Assembly (NCBI GenBank): GCA_040285855.1
Contig: JAUFOQ010000016.1
Location: 806,001 to 870,000, forward strand
Origin: Eukaryota sp. GEM-RC1
Taxonomy: Eukaryota
Direction of reading: 5' to 3'
DNA length: 64,000 nucleotides
Of this stretch, positions 9,600 to 20,942 are shown piece by piece. A program made the position numbers and the translations under genes. How positions within the stretch are numbered: the first letter of the stretch is position 1; every line of letters starts with the position of its first letter. The notes beneath the pieces were generated by a model. The model did no database searches. It worked only from the letters and a program-made list of their open reading frames with translations, and was not told the DNA's origin.

Positions 9600-9971
9600 A
9601 TGAGTAAGGATGATTCCACCCGCACTAGTCGCAAACTAGACATCAATTTCATAGAAGACAAAGCTCGGCGCCACATCTGCTTTTCAAAGCGACGTTCTGG
9701 TCTTGTCAAAAAAGCTCATGAACTATCTATGCTAACTGGAACTGAGATTCTTCTAGTCGTTGTTAGTGAAGTTGGTAACGTCAATTGCTATGCTTCTGAA
9801 CGTTTTCAACCCATACCCAACTCTCGTCAATTACACTCTCTTCTTCATACTTGTCTAGTCTCCGAAGAAGCGGAACCGGAAGCTCTTCCTGATACACTCT
9901 CTTCATTATCTCTCCCAGACTACCCTTTCAAACAAGTAACGGATCCGTTTGACTCTTCGCCATCCCCCTGA
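9600..9971 (+). CDS. SRF-type MADS-box transcription factor
   Basis: RKLDINFIEDKARRHICFSKRRSGLVKKAHELSMLTGTEILLVVVSEVGNVNCYAS. Confidence 0.9.
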   Translation: MSKDDSTRTSRKLDINFIEDKARRHICFSKRRSGLVKKAHELSMLTGTEILLVVVSEVGNVNCYASERFQPIPNSRQLHSLLHTCLVSEEAEPEALPDTLSSLSLPDYPFKQVTDPFDSSPSP

Positions 9972-10199
9972 TGTACACAATCCTCCGCCCCTTCGTAAGG
10001 CCAGATCTGACCCTTGTTTCCCCCCATTAGTCTACCTCCACCGGATCCAAATTGCCTCTCGTCTAGCCGCCTTGATGTCAATTCCTTATTAAACAAACAA
10101 AATAAGCAGCAATGATGTCCATTAAGTACTTAATGCAACATTATTCTCTTTAGCACTTGTATTTATGTATGAACTGTATCTAACTATTTCCATCAAAAT

Positions 10200-11720
10200 C
10201 TATTTTCTTGGTAATAAAATGTCTTTTTTTCGAAATCCTTTGGGTCTAACCAACAGAGACCTCAAGGAATCAAGTTTTGATAGAATTTCTTCCTCCACTT
10301 GCTCGTCTATCCAGACCTTTGTTAGTCTTTTACAATGACATACAAGCACGTCTACTAGATTGTCAATGTAGCTGTCTGTTGTAAACAATACTAAATAAGG
10401 ACTGTTACACAACAAGTTGTCTATGGAAATACAAAGAAAATGTCGTTTTGACGTGAAAGATGAGATTGAGAGTCTACGCAGTGATTTGAAAGAGGTCATC
10501 ACGTGCCCACCATCAAAGTACACTCGATTTAAGGACATTTCCTCAAGTTTTCGCAACTTACTCAGCGCTGGAGCAATTTCGCTCCAAACAAGAGAGTCTA
10601 CTAACATTGGTTTGCCAGAAATTTGAATTGTTAATAAATTTGGACATTTTTCTGGAATTAAATTGAAATAACAACTCACTTTAACTTCCAAATACAACGC
10701 CTTAATTGAAATGGTTAAACTACAATAAAACATCAATGCAACCTTACAGTTAATCAATTTCACTCCTACCGAAGTTATTCTTGGGAGCTGTCGAACTAAC
10801 ACACAAAGGTCATAAAGATTACGAGAGTAATTTGAACGACCAGAAACTGTAATCAAAGAAGTCAAAGTCTGTGGAACACAGTGTAGCAAAGAATCACTAA
10901 ACCTTCCAGAAAACTTCACCAACTGAGGGCAAAACCTCACAGCTGTATTGAGCTCTAATCCTGAGATTGACTCATAGCGAGGAAGAAGTCGTGGTGATGA
11001 TAAGAAGGGATCAAGCTCTTTCCTTATACTGTTGTTAGGTAAACAATGAAATCGAAAAGAAAGCTGTAGGTCAGACAAGTGCTGGAGAATGGGAAACACG
11101 TCTCTAGATTCTGGACGAAACATTACAGTTGTAAGAAGAGGAAGGTAGTTGAGAGCATCAACAAATGTGGATGCGGATATGGAAAAGGTACTGATAAACA
11201 GTACAGATAAATTGGTAAGCTTTTGTGTTCTAGCTGCAATCAAGAACTTCTCGTCAACAGTAGTAGCAAAACTTCGAACGGTAATGCGATCATAGAGTAG
11301 GCAACATCTTTCCAAGGCAGAAGAGTCTATGGTCACAGGAGTTTGGTCTGGGTACGTACAGAAATGAACTGTAGAGAGGATTGAAGTGGGGGCGGAAATG
11401 ATGAGGTCATGGATGGGAAGCTGAATCAGTCTCAGATTAGAATTGACTTGAAAAGAATTTAAGATGGTTTGAAAGTCATGTTTAAGAGATCTTTCAATAG
11501 AGAAATGTAACACAAGGACTTCAAGGGCAGGAAAGTGCTTCAAAATGTGGATGAAATGAGAAGCGACAGGAGACATTGGTGTCAAATCTATAAATCTTCT
11601 GTACAAGGACGAACGCCGCACAAGACGCGAAAACCTCTGAGATACACATCTAAGACATTCCACGAAATGGAGAGAAATTGTTGCAAGTAAGAACTCAAGG
11701 AGCTCAGCGGAAAGCAGCAT
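10200..11720 (-). CDS. F-box / LRR-like protein
   Basis: 506-aa ORF; N-terminal LSAELLEFLL...LRCVSQRFSRL is F-box-like; degenerate LRRs (CPNLLTIQI, LRKLEEMSL, FKSLRRLSI). Confidence 0.6.
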   Translation of the reverse strand: MLLSAELLEFLLATISLHFVECLRCVSQRFSRLVRRSSLYRRFIDLTPMSPVASHFIHILKHFPALEVLVLHFSIERSLKHDFQTILNSFQVNSNLRLIQLPIHDLIISAPTSILSTVHFCTYPDQTPVTIDSSALERCCLLYDRITVRSFATTVDEKFLIAARTQKLTNLSVLFISTFSISASTFVDALNYLPLLTTVMFRPESRDVFPILQHLSDLQLSFRFHCLPNNSIRKELDPFLSSPRLLPRYESISGLELNTAVRFCPQLVKFSGRFSDSLLHCVPQTLTSLITVSGRSNYSRNLYDLCVLVRQLPRITSVGVKLINCKVALMFYCSLTISIKALYLEVKVSCYFNLIPEKCPNLLTIQISGKPMLVDSLVWSEIAPALSKLRKLEEMSLNRVYFDGGHVMTSFKSLRRLSISSFTSKRHFLCISIDNLLCNSPYLVLFTTDSYIDNLVDVLVCHCKRLTKVWIDEQVEEEILSKLDSLRSLLVRPKGFRKKDILLPRK

Positions 11721-11911
11721 ATCTTTAAGGATATCCTACTTTGCAAATATTCAGTCAAGCTTAACACACCAGATATGACGACCACATTTCTGTTTCTGTC
11801 CAACGATACGAAGCATGTCTGAACAGAAGGAACTTGTCTTGTATAAAAATTACTTTTGTCTCAACTTATTTTTTGCCGGCACCTTCTTCTTCCTACACCA
11901 CATCCACAAAC

Positions 11912-13102
11912 ATGGCACATGTTCTCCATTCCATTGAGTGCATTGTCTTGGAGATACTCAATTGCATTGCGTCAGGAGAATCTCCGGTGATTCGACTCCC
12001 AAAAGGCGATCCTAACGTATACTTTCATGAAGTTGACAACGTGTATAGGACTGTAGGAGCAGATGATCGTGCTCTTGTATCAGTCTCTCTCCAAAAGGCC
12101 GGAAGTTCATATAAATTTGGTATATATCATGTTGGAGAGTTAATCCTAGATGTCTTGTTACGATCACTGACAGTGATATACGAGCTTGTTCAAAATAACC
12201 AAAGAGCAACCAAGAGGTATCATTCCGTGATTTGATTGATCGTAGAGAATTGTTTTATTCGGATCCTGCTCTGTTCAAAACACAGAGGACTAGTGACCAA
12301 GCCCTTTCGGATTGGAGTCGATTACTGTCCGTACCCAGGAACAATTTGAATGTATATGCCGAGGCTAAAGGAGTCGTTTACGGTGACCTAGTGTACTACG
12401 ATGGACATCACGCTGTTAACTGCAGATCATCACCTCAGGGAATACCAATTACTCCGTTTATCCAGAATATCTCAGATATCACTTCCAAAAACCTTCAATA
12501 CATCATTGTTGTTGAAAAGGTATCCATCACAAGATATTTAACTATAGGACGCAGCCCTCTTTCGACTCATTGAAGACGATGTCATTTCGACAATTGGATC
12601 TAGTGTTCTAATAACAGGCTGTGGTTTTCCGGATTATGTAACTAGAGCATTTCTCTACCAACTAAGTATTAGGTTTCCAGATGTCCCAGTTATTGGACTA
12701 GCTGATGCTGATCCTTATGGCCTTGACATATTATGTATGACATTTTCTAATTCTATTCTAATCCTATGTACTTATAGATTCGGAAGTTTAGCTGCTGCTG
12801 CAGAAGAGAATTTAGCAGTTCCAAGACTGAGATGGCTTGGTGTCACTGTTGATGATCTATACAACTTCGATATTCCAGAATCTGCTCTACTTCCTTTGAC
12901 ATCAACTGACAAGAAACGTGGAGAGAACATGTTGGATAGAGATTGCTGGAGTGTTGCCCCTCAATGGAAAGAACAACTAGAAAGAATGCTTGAAGCATCT
13001 CAGAAAGCAGAAATTCAAGCCCTGCTATCAGTCGATGGTAACATGAACTTTCTTTCACAACAATACATACCATCAAAGCTGAGCAATAAACTACTTATTT
13101 GA
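11912..13102 (+). CDS. SPO11: Meiotic recombination protein SPO11 / Topoisomerase VI A, intron-containing
   Basis: Splicing of 12120-12149, 12217-12245 and 12520-12547 restores TKRELFY (catalytic Tyr), VEKDA, TGCGFPD, DADPYG and KAEIQAL; a fourth intron-like segment lies at 12735-12767. Confidence 0.92.
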
Positions 13103-14516
13103 TACACCCGAATGTTTTCGATCAGTGTCTGTAATGGCAGATCTGCTCACAAAATACACATATATTACCCACGAAAGCAAATTGTAAGAACGGAATCAAG
13201 TAGAGCATTTGAGAATGGATAAATTAAAGTTCATAACCTATAAAAAGTAGAAAGCACTAAGAACAAGAGGATGTTTTGATCCTTATAGTCAACACTGTAT
13301 CAAAATAGAAGAAGATCAGATTTACATAATTGCAGAATTTGATCTCGCGCCGGTTTGTATCTCTCTTTGGGAACAAACTTGTGAAAATCAACTAACTTTC
13401 ACCAAAAATACAGAACTACAATGTCAAATAGAACCCAATTTTTTAGAAGATTTTGGATTTTGTTTCATCACTTTCTGGTCTATAAGAAATACGAGAAGGC
13501 ATTTCTAAACAAAGTCATCTTTTGAATGGTTTCCCAAACGTAAGGAATATAGTGGTTGTAAAATCAAAAATTAAAGAAGAACAGACATGTAGCAGGTGTT
13601 TGTTGAAAATTTTGTTTGACTTTTCGTTCTTTAAATGTAATTACAATTGTAAATACAAATGCAACGTAATGTCAATTGTTAAACACTAGACGTAGAAGAC
13701 ACGAAGAAATTCAACTACATCTGATATACATGTAGTATGATTATTATAATATGACATAAAAATTATTACATTTTGCAATTAAATCAATAATGTGCAATTC
13801 AGTGCACATTGTAATTGGTTCACATGTTTCAGTACAGAATTGCATGTTGATTCCGCATTCCGTTTTTTGCATCCATTTGTTAACTTTTTTTCATGATAAA
13901 GCGTTGTGGATTCATGGCTAATCGACCAGTCATGATAAGGCCAGTGTAACGCAATTGGTGTTTATAATTTCTTTTTAAACGACTAATTCTTTCAGCTGTT
14001 GTTTCTTCACATGACCGCTACTCCTTGAGCCCAGAATCTCAAGTGTATTTATGCACAATAGGCATTAGGCTATTTATGTGGTGACCAAAATTGTTGTGAT
14101 TGGACACTAGCTTACAATGCGTGGGTACGATAGACCACAGGCAGGATATATTGAAAACGGAACATGTTAAGAAGGAGAATTTGTTGTTCAAAATTATTGC
14201 AATACAAACTGCCACGAGAAAGAATGGAACAATACACTACATATATATGTAGTATTGTAAGACATTTTGATAACCAATCACTGATTAAAAAAAGTATGAT
14301 ATTCTCATGATTAGATACACTCTTCTTTCGGTTATCAACTAACATAACAATCATCGAGAGTCAACTTGTTTATCATCCCTATCAAAATGAAGCAAACAAT
14401 TTGTAGATAATTATGGTGTTCGTTCTTCGGAAAACACTAAAACACCCGTACAATATTTAAGGACCGACATATACAATCTCATACTTCTTCGTTTAAGAAG
14501 ATGCCACATAAATTAT

Positions 14517-17375
14517 TTACCGTCGGGCAAAATGGCTATTTAACACTCTTATTAGCCTTTCTTTCTTTACAGGCTTTTCCAAAAACCCATCACACACAGA
14601 CAAACAAGCATTCATGGTCTCCAGATTTAGATCTGCAGTCAATGCGACGATTGAACTATTCTGTAACCTGTGGAGGGATTCATAATCTCGTATTCTTCTT
14701 GTTGTTTCAACACCGTTCCAAGGTTTCATTCGATAATCCATAAGAACCAATGATATTTCTTGGTGTTTAGCCGCATACACGACGAGGGCTTCAGGACCAG
14801 AGCTAGCAGTGAAGACTTCTGAACATCCAATAACTTTCAAGAGTTTTGGAACAGTTTTCAATATCATTGGGCAGTCATCAACAACTAAGACTTTCCAGTC
14901 CCCAGCAATTAGTCTAGGATCCTCAATAACATGCTGAATCTGTTCGGATCGAAGGAGTTTTGAAAGAAGAGACGAGTACGTGGCTGGTAAGGAGATAACA
15001 TTGTCTCCAAAAGACTGAACAGGTTCGACACCAGATTTTGGATCTACTACAAGGACAATCCTAAAAGTAGACACTATCCGAGGATGTTCAAGAACGTGGG
15101 CCATATGAGATTCAATGAACACAACCACAGGCGTCTGTTGTTGAACTACATCTTCTAGCAGATCAGAATCTTCTGAATCCTGAAAGTGAACCTTGCAAGA
15201 CAACATTGATAATTGATCACTAAGGTGTTGGATACTCAACAGAGTCGTGTCTCGAGCTATAATGATGCATCGCATATCTTGAAGAATTGCAATGTATTCT
15301 GGTGCTGTTCGACTCAGTTTTGGCCTTGTGGCAGACAAAGTGAAGTGGAATCGAGATCCATGACCGAGTCGTGACTCTACCTCCAAATGGGTTCCCAATT
15401 CCTTAGCAAGTTTGTTTGACAAAGCGAGACCCACTCCCATACCTTCGTGTTGAGTTGGATCTCCCACACGAAAGTCTTGAAATAAGGTTCTAATGGTTTC
15501 TTTGTCAATTCCGATTCCTGAGTCACTAACTTCACAAAAGATGTCAATTCCAGTGTCCGTGAGTTGTCTACAGACCATCTTCACTTTGATGTAACCTTTT
15601 TCTGTGTACTTCAGTGAATTTGATACGAGTATGAACATGATTTTTCGAAAATGATCAGGCAAAGTTGATACCTCAACATCACAACGGGGATCAACATAAA
15701 GATATATACGAAGACCTGAGGTTTTAGGCTGGAGCAAATCTACCAGAGAATCCGTTATTGCAACAAGATTGATTGATCGTTGTACTGTTGTCGGAGATGA
15801 AGGTGAAGATGGAAAATTGTACAAATCAACAATATTTTGCAACATATCATGCAGCTTCTGACTTTCCTCAACTATTATTGAAGAACTGTCGGTAGGCTGC
15901 GTCTCTTCAAGTGCCTGGGCAGCAGACAAGACTGATGTTAGAGGTGTAAAGAGGTTGTGACTCATCAGAGCCAAAAACTGGCTTCTACTTCTGTTGTACT
16001 CCACAGCGGAATTTCGAGCGACTCGCAACTCCTTCTCCTTGAGAATCCAATCTGTTATGTCTTGAACAACTAATATTCTCACTGAGTCATGTCCACACTT
16101 GTTTTGCACATTTGTTAACTCTACAAATCGGCCTGTTTTCAATTGTATCCGTGGATGTATTTTAAATGACTCGTCGTCAACATCCACATTGATGACGGAA
16201 CCTGCGTGTTGGGGATTTAAGAATGCTTGACACAACAATTCAAGAAACTGGCGTGAGGATTTTGATTCATACGGTTTAACACGAAAATCTTCACTTATTC
16301 TCTTGTTACAGAAAATCACATCAGTATCTGAAAACAACACAATGCCAACTCTTGTGAGATATGAGACATCTTCAATAACAGACACCAGTAAATGTAGTTT
16401 TTGACTCGATGAAAGACATCGAGAACGGTAAGTCACAACTAACTCTGGCTCTTCGCCTAGAAACAACAGAAAGTGATCAAAGGTAAGGGATTTCTGCATT
16501 TTTACTTGAGCTCTGGTTTTCCCATCAGATAAGGTTCCGGTGGACTTATGTTTCACCTCAGCAATATCACCCTGAAGTAGCTGCCTGTTTTGTTGCAAAG
16601 CCTTTTCTGCAGTTTCATGATCCAAAAACTCAAACAATGTTCTTCTTTCACTACTGTTTCCTTCAATTTTCGAGAGATGCATCATTGCTGAGTTCATGTA
16701 ACAAAGGTCAGTTGGGGACTGATGAATGGCGATGGCATATGGAATTCTATTCAGTATATCATCCAGCAGTTTCCAGGCGAATGTTTCGTAGATGAAAGTA
16801 ATAGAACCTGCGAGGGCATGACCAGACTCACAAATACAAACCTCAGCAAGATGGTACTTCCAGTCAGTGCCCTTCAACCAAGTATAGTAACGAACAAGGT
16901 TGATATCAGGATTACCTTTAAGTTTCTCACAATGATCAGTCCACATGTGCTTGTGTTCATCTAAGTGCAGATCTTCCATGACAGATGCATAGTTAGTGTC
17001 ATTGTGTAGCTGCAATTGATGGACTATTGTGTCGTCAAGATAAAAGCAGTCGCACTTGTTACATACGTAAAAAGTACTTACATGATGGATTTGATGAACG
17101 GAATTCAACCACGAGGGGACATGACGTGTACCAATAGCAAAGTGGGAATCGCCAGTATCATGAACCACTGACCACTGAACAGGATTTCCTAGTAACAAGG
17201 AACAAGATTCATTTAGACCATTTGATTTTAGCTGATTGGAATTGAGATTTGGGAAAAGATTTGTTAGAGATTGTCCAACAATACAGGTTTCAAAAGCATC
17301 TTCAGAGAGATCATTACAATGGACTACTTGACCAGAGGTTGTAGAGTACATAAGGAAAAGAGGATCATCAGACAT
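14517..17375 (-). CDS. Hybrid histidine kinase (PAS-like, HisKA, HATPase, receiver), paralog 1
   Basis: FLALMSHNLFTPL, LVSNSLKYT, EVSDSGIGI, GMGVGLALS, VLVVDD...LVLMDYRM...FLEKP. Confidence 0.9.
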   Translation of the reverse strand: MSDDPLFLMYSTTSGQVVHCNDLSEDAFETCIVGQSLTNLFPNLNSNQLKSNGLNESCSLLLGNPVQWSVVHDTGDSHFAIGTRHVPSWLNSVHQIHHVSTFYVCNKCDCFYLDDTIVHQLQLHNDTNYASVMEDLHLDEHKHMWTDHCEKLKGNPDINLVRYYTWLKGTDWKYHLAEVCICESGHALAGSITFIYETFAWKLLDDILNRIPYAIAIHQSPTDLCYMNSAMMHLSKIEGNSSERRTLFEFLDHETAEKALQQNRQLLQGDIAEVKHKSTGTLSDGKTRAQVKMQKSLTFDHFLLFLGEEPELVVTYRSRCLSSSQKLHLLVSVIEDVSYLTRVGIVLFSDTDVIFCNKRISEDFRVKPYESKSSRQFLELLCQAFLNPQHAGSVINVDVDDESFKIHPRIQLKTGRFVELTNVQNKCGHDSVRILVVQDITDWILKEKELRVARNSAVEYNRSRSQFLALMSHNLFTPLTSVLSAAQALEETQPTDSSSIIVEESQKLHDMLQNIVDLYNFPSSPSSPTTVQRSINLVAITDSLVDLLQPKTSGLRIYLYVDPRCDVEVSTLPDHFRKIMFILVSNSLKYTEKGYIKVKMVCRQLTDTGIDIFCEVSDSGIGIDKETIRTLFQDFRVGDPTQHEGMGVGLALSNKLAKELGTHLEVESRLGHGSRFHFTLSATRPKLSRTAPEYIAILQDMRCIIIARDTTLLSIQHLSDQLSMLSCKVHFQDSEDSDLLEDVVQQQTPVVVFIESHMAHVLEHPRIVSTFRIVLVVDPKSGVEPVQSFGDNVISLPATYSSLLSKLLRSEQIQHVIEDPRLIAGDWKVLVVDDCPMILKTVPKLLKVIGCSEVFTASSGPEALVVYAAKHQEISLVLMDYRMKPWNGVETTRRIRDYESLHRLQNSSIVALTADLNLETMNACLSVCDGFLEKPVKKERLIRVLNSHFARR

Positions 17376-17735
17376 TGGTTTTTAAAAATGGGATCAGCAT
17401 TTATGGAGATCCTATTGTTACTGTAAAAAGGACTACAGGAGTCCCCGTATCATTAAAATGATACCTGCCCAAAGTTGAAACTGTAGTCATCACTGAGATC
17501 CAATCTCAAAAGGAAACCACAGCAGTAACCCCCACTGAATTTCTGTTTCAGAATCTCTATACTATGAACCACTTTGTCATATTCTCGTCACAATAGAATT
17601 GAGGATCTGATACAAAAATGTATACGAACAGTAAATTGTATGTTTGAATATTTATCTGACAGTCTTCGCCACTTCGAAACAATCTGTTACACAGTGGAAA
17701 GACTGGGTTGTAGCTAAACATTACAACTTGTTGAA

Positions 17736-20594
17736 TCAATCTACGAGAAGGCGAGCAAAATGGCTGTTCAACACCCCAACCAGTCTCTTCTTTTCCACTG
17801 GTTTTCCCAAGAATCCATTAGTAACAGTTAAGCAAGCATTAATAGTCTCTAGAGTAAGATCTGCAGTTAACGTGATGACAGTTACTCCTTGTAACCCATT
17901 TTGAGATTCATAATCTCGCATTCTCTTTGTTGTTTCAAAGCCATCCCAAGGTTTCATTCGATAATCCATAAGAACCAACGATATCTCTTGATGTTTGGCC
18001 ACATACACTGCCAGTGCTTCAGGACCAGAGCTCGCAGTGTAGACTTCAGTACACCCAACTACCTTCAAGAGTCTCGACACTGTCTTGAGAATGGTTGGAG
18101 AATCGTCAACAACTAACACAGTCCAGTTACCAGTAATTAGAGTAGGATCTTCAGTGATGTGGCGAATTTGCTCCGAGCGGAGGAGTTGTGAAAGAAGTGC
18201 AGAGTAAGTTGCTGGGATTGACATCATATTGTCTCCAAAAGATTGAACAGGTTCAACACTGGAACTAGGATCGGTAACTAAAATGATTCGAACTGTGGCT
18301 AATGCAGTTGAATTATGAAGAATGCGAAACATTTGGGATTCAATGAACACTACAACAGGGGAAAGTCGTCTAACATCGTCCCTAAGTAGAACAGGATCAT
18401 CTGAATCCTGAAAGTGCACAACAATGGACAACATTGACAGCTGTTCACTAAGGTTTTGGATATACAATGTTGACCTATCTCTAGCTACCAGGATGCACCG
18501 CATACCTCGAAGAATGGTGATGTATTCGGGTGATGAAAGACCAAGTTTTGGTCTTGTGGCGGACAAAGTGAAGTGGAAACACGAACCATGACCGAGTTCT
18601 GACTCTACCTCCAAATGGGTTCCCAATTCCTTAGTAAGTTTGTTTGACAATGCGAGACTAACTCCCATACCTTCGTGTTGAGTAGGATCTCCAACCTGAA
18701 AGTCTTGAAATAAGGTTCTAATGGTTTCTTCGTCAATTCCTTTTCCTGTATCACTCACTTCACAAACCATATCAGTTACATTGTCGGTCAGTTCTCTACA
18801 GAGTATCTTCACTTTAATATGACCTTTGTCTGTGTACTTCAATGCGTTTGACAAGAGACTGAACATGATTGTTCTGAAGTGGGCAGGTATGGTGGAAATA
18901 ACAACATCACAACGGGGATCAACATACATGAAAATCAGAAGATCTTCAGTCCGCGGTTGAAGCATGGCAACAAGGGAATCCGTAATTGCGACAACATTTG
19001 CTGAAGTTTTGATGGTATGTTTTGAAGTGGATATAGTTGGGAGACCTGACAAATTTAACATATTTTGTAACATGCCATGCAGCTTCTTGCTCTCTTGAAC
19101 AATTAACGTAGAACTCTCTGTAGGCTGTGTCATCTCAAGTGTTTCGGCAGCAGACAAGATTGATGTTAAAGGTGTAAACAGATTGTGACTCATCAAAGCC
19201 AGAAACTGACCCCTGCTTCTGTTGGATTCGGTTGCAGAATTACGAGCTACTCGCAACTCCTTCTCCATGATAATCCAGTCTGTTATGTCTTGAACAACTA
19301 AGATTCGCACCGGTGGTTGTGTCCTGCTCTTGTTTTGAACATTTGTCAACTCCACAAATCTTCCTGTTGTTAATTGTATCCGTGGAAGTACTTTAAACGA
19401 ATCATCATTAACATCCACTTTGATAACAGATGCTGCGTGTTGAGTATTAATGAAAGCGTGACATATCAAGTCAAGAAATTCCTGAGATGATCCAAATTCA
19501 TAAGGTCGAACAAGAAAGTCTTCGCTGATTCTCTTATTGCAAAAAACAACATCAGTTTTTGAGTATAACACAATCCCAACTCTTGTGAGATATGAGACTT
19601 CTTCAATGACAGAAATAAGTAGATGCAACTTCTGACTTGCGGAAAGATACTGAGATCGATACGTACCAACAGTTTCTGGATCGTCACCCAACAATAACAG
19701 AAAGTTGTCAACAGAAGTTCTTTTTTGCATTTTGACCTCAGCCTTGGTTTTTCCATAAGTTGACTTCTGCTTGATCTCAGTAACATCACCCTGAAGTAAC
19801 TGCATGTTCTGTTGCAACGCTTTCTCCGCAGCTTCTTTATCCATACATTCAAACAGCGATCTGCGCTCACTGCTCTCTCCTTCGAATTCTGAAAGATACA
19901 TCATTGTCGAATTCATGTAGCAAAACTCTGATGGAGAAAAGTGAATCCCAACAGGATAAGGAATTCTATTGAGTGTGTCGTCCAGTAGTTTCCAAGCGAA
20001 AGTTTCATAGATGAAAGTAACAAAGCCAGTGAGAGCATGACCAGACTCAGAGATACAAATCTCAGCAAGGTGGTACTTAGAGTTTGAACCCTTCAACCAA
20101 GTATAGTAACGAACAAGGTTGATATCAGGGTTACCTTGAAGTTTCTCACAATGATCAGTCCACATGTGCTTGTGTTCATCTAAGTGCAGATCTTCCATAA
20201 CAGAAGCATAGTTAGTGTCATTGTGTAGCTGCAACTGATCGACTATTGTGTCATCAAGATGAAAGCAATTGCACTTCTTACACATGAAAAACGTACCAGT
20301 GTGATGCATTTGAAGAAAAGAATTTTGCCATGAGGGGACATGTCGTGTACCAATAGCAAAGTGGGAATCGCCAGTATCATGAACCACTGACCACTGAACG
20401 GGATGTCCTAGTAACAAGGAACAAGATTCATGTAGACCACTTGTTTTTAGCTCATCGAGATTGAGATTTGGGAAAAGATTTGTTAGAGATTGTCCAACAA
20501 CACAACTATCAAAAGAATCTTGAAGAAGTTCATTACAATTGACAACTTCCCCAGAAGTGGATGAATACATTAGGAAACGAGAATCGTTCAGCAT
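17736..20594 (-). CDS. Hybrid histidine kinase, tandem paralog 2
   Basis: Same architecture and length (952 aa); MSHNLFTPL, LLSNALKYT, DTGKGI, LVLMDYRM. Confidence 0.9.
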   Translation of the reverse strand: MLNDSRFLMYSSTSGEVVNCNELLQDSFDSCVVGQSLTNLFPNLNLDELKTSGLHESCSLLLGHPVQWSVVHDTGDSHFAIGTRHVPSWQNSFLQMHHTGTFFMCKKCNCFHLDDTIVDQLQLHNDTNYASVMEDLHLDEHKHMWTDHCEKLQGNPDINLVRYYTWLKGSNSKYHLAEICISESGHALTGFVTFIYETFAWKLLDDTLNRIPYPVGIHFSPSEFCYMNSTMMYLSEFEGESSERRSLFECMDKEAAEKALQQNMQLLQGDVTEIKQKSTYGKTKAEVKMQKRTSVDNFLLLLGDDPETVGTYRSQYLSASQKLHLLISVIEEVSYLTRVGIVLYSKTDVVFCNKRISEDFLVRPYEFGSSQEFLDLICHAFINTQHAASVIKVDVNDDSFKVLPRIQLTTGRFVELTNVQNKSRTQPPVRILVVQDITDWIIMEKELRVARNSATESNRSRGQFLALMSHNLFTPLTSILSAAETLEMTQPTESSTLIVQESKKLHGMLQNMLNLSGLPTISTSKHTIKTSANVVAITDSLVAMLQPRTEDLLIFMYVDPRCDVVISTIPAHFRTIMFSLLSNALKYTDKGHIKVKILCRELTDNVTDMVCEVSDTGKGIDEETIRTLFQDFQVGDPTQHEGMGVSLALSNKLTKELGTHLEVESELGHGSCFHFTLSATRPKLGLSSPEYITILRGMRCILVARDRSTLYIQNLSEQLSMLSIVVHFQDSDDPVLLRDDVRRLSPVVVFIESQMFRILHNSTALATVRIILVTDPSSSVEPVQSFGDNMMSIPATYSALLSQLLRSEQIRHITEDPTLITGNWTVLVVDDSPTILKTVSRLLKVVGCTEVYTASSGPEALAVYVAKHQEISLVLMDYRMKPWDGFETTKRMRDYESQNGLQGVTVITLTADLTLETINACLTVTNGFLGKPVEKKRLVGVLNSHFARLLVD

Positions 20595-20942
20595 TGGTTT
20601 TGAGGATGCAGAAGCTCTACAGAGATATGATGTATTAGTACTTCTAGATATAAGATATCCTAACCGAGAATATCTTCATCGCATCAGACAGAAAAATCTG
20701 TTAGAGTTATGTTTGATTGACATTCATTTACATACGCTGCAACAAGTTGAACAAATTGAGTAACAGCAGTGGGTTCTGTTGTAGAACACTTCAATAATAA
20801 CGATGTCATAAAGTCTACATTGTACATTTAGTAGGATATAACTTGAAGAGTCTTAAATGAAAACGGGCCTGGTGAGGCTTCAGAAATAGCCTCTTTAAAG
20901 TTGGAGAAACACAATTGTTTGAAGCTAGAGCCATTTGATCCT

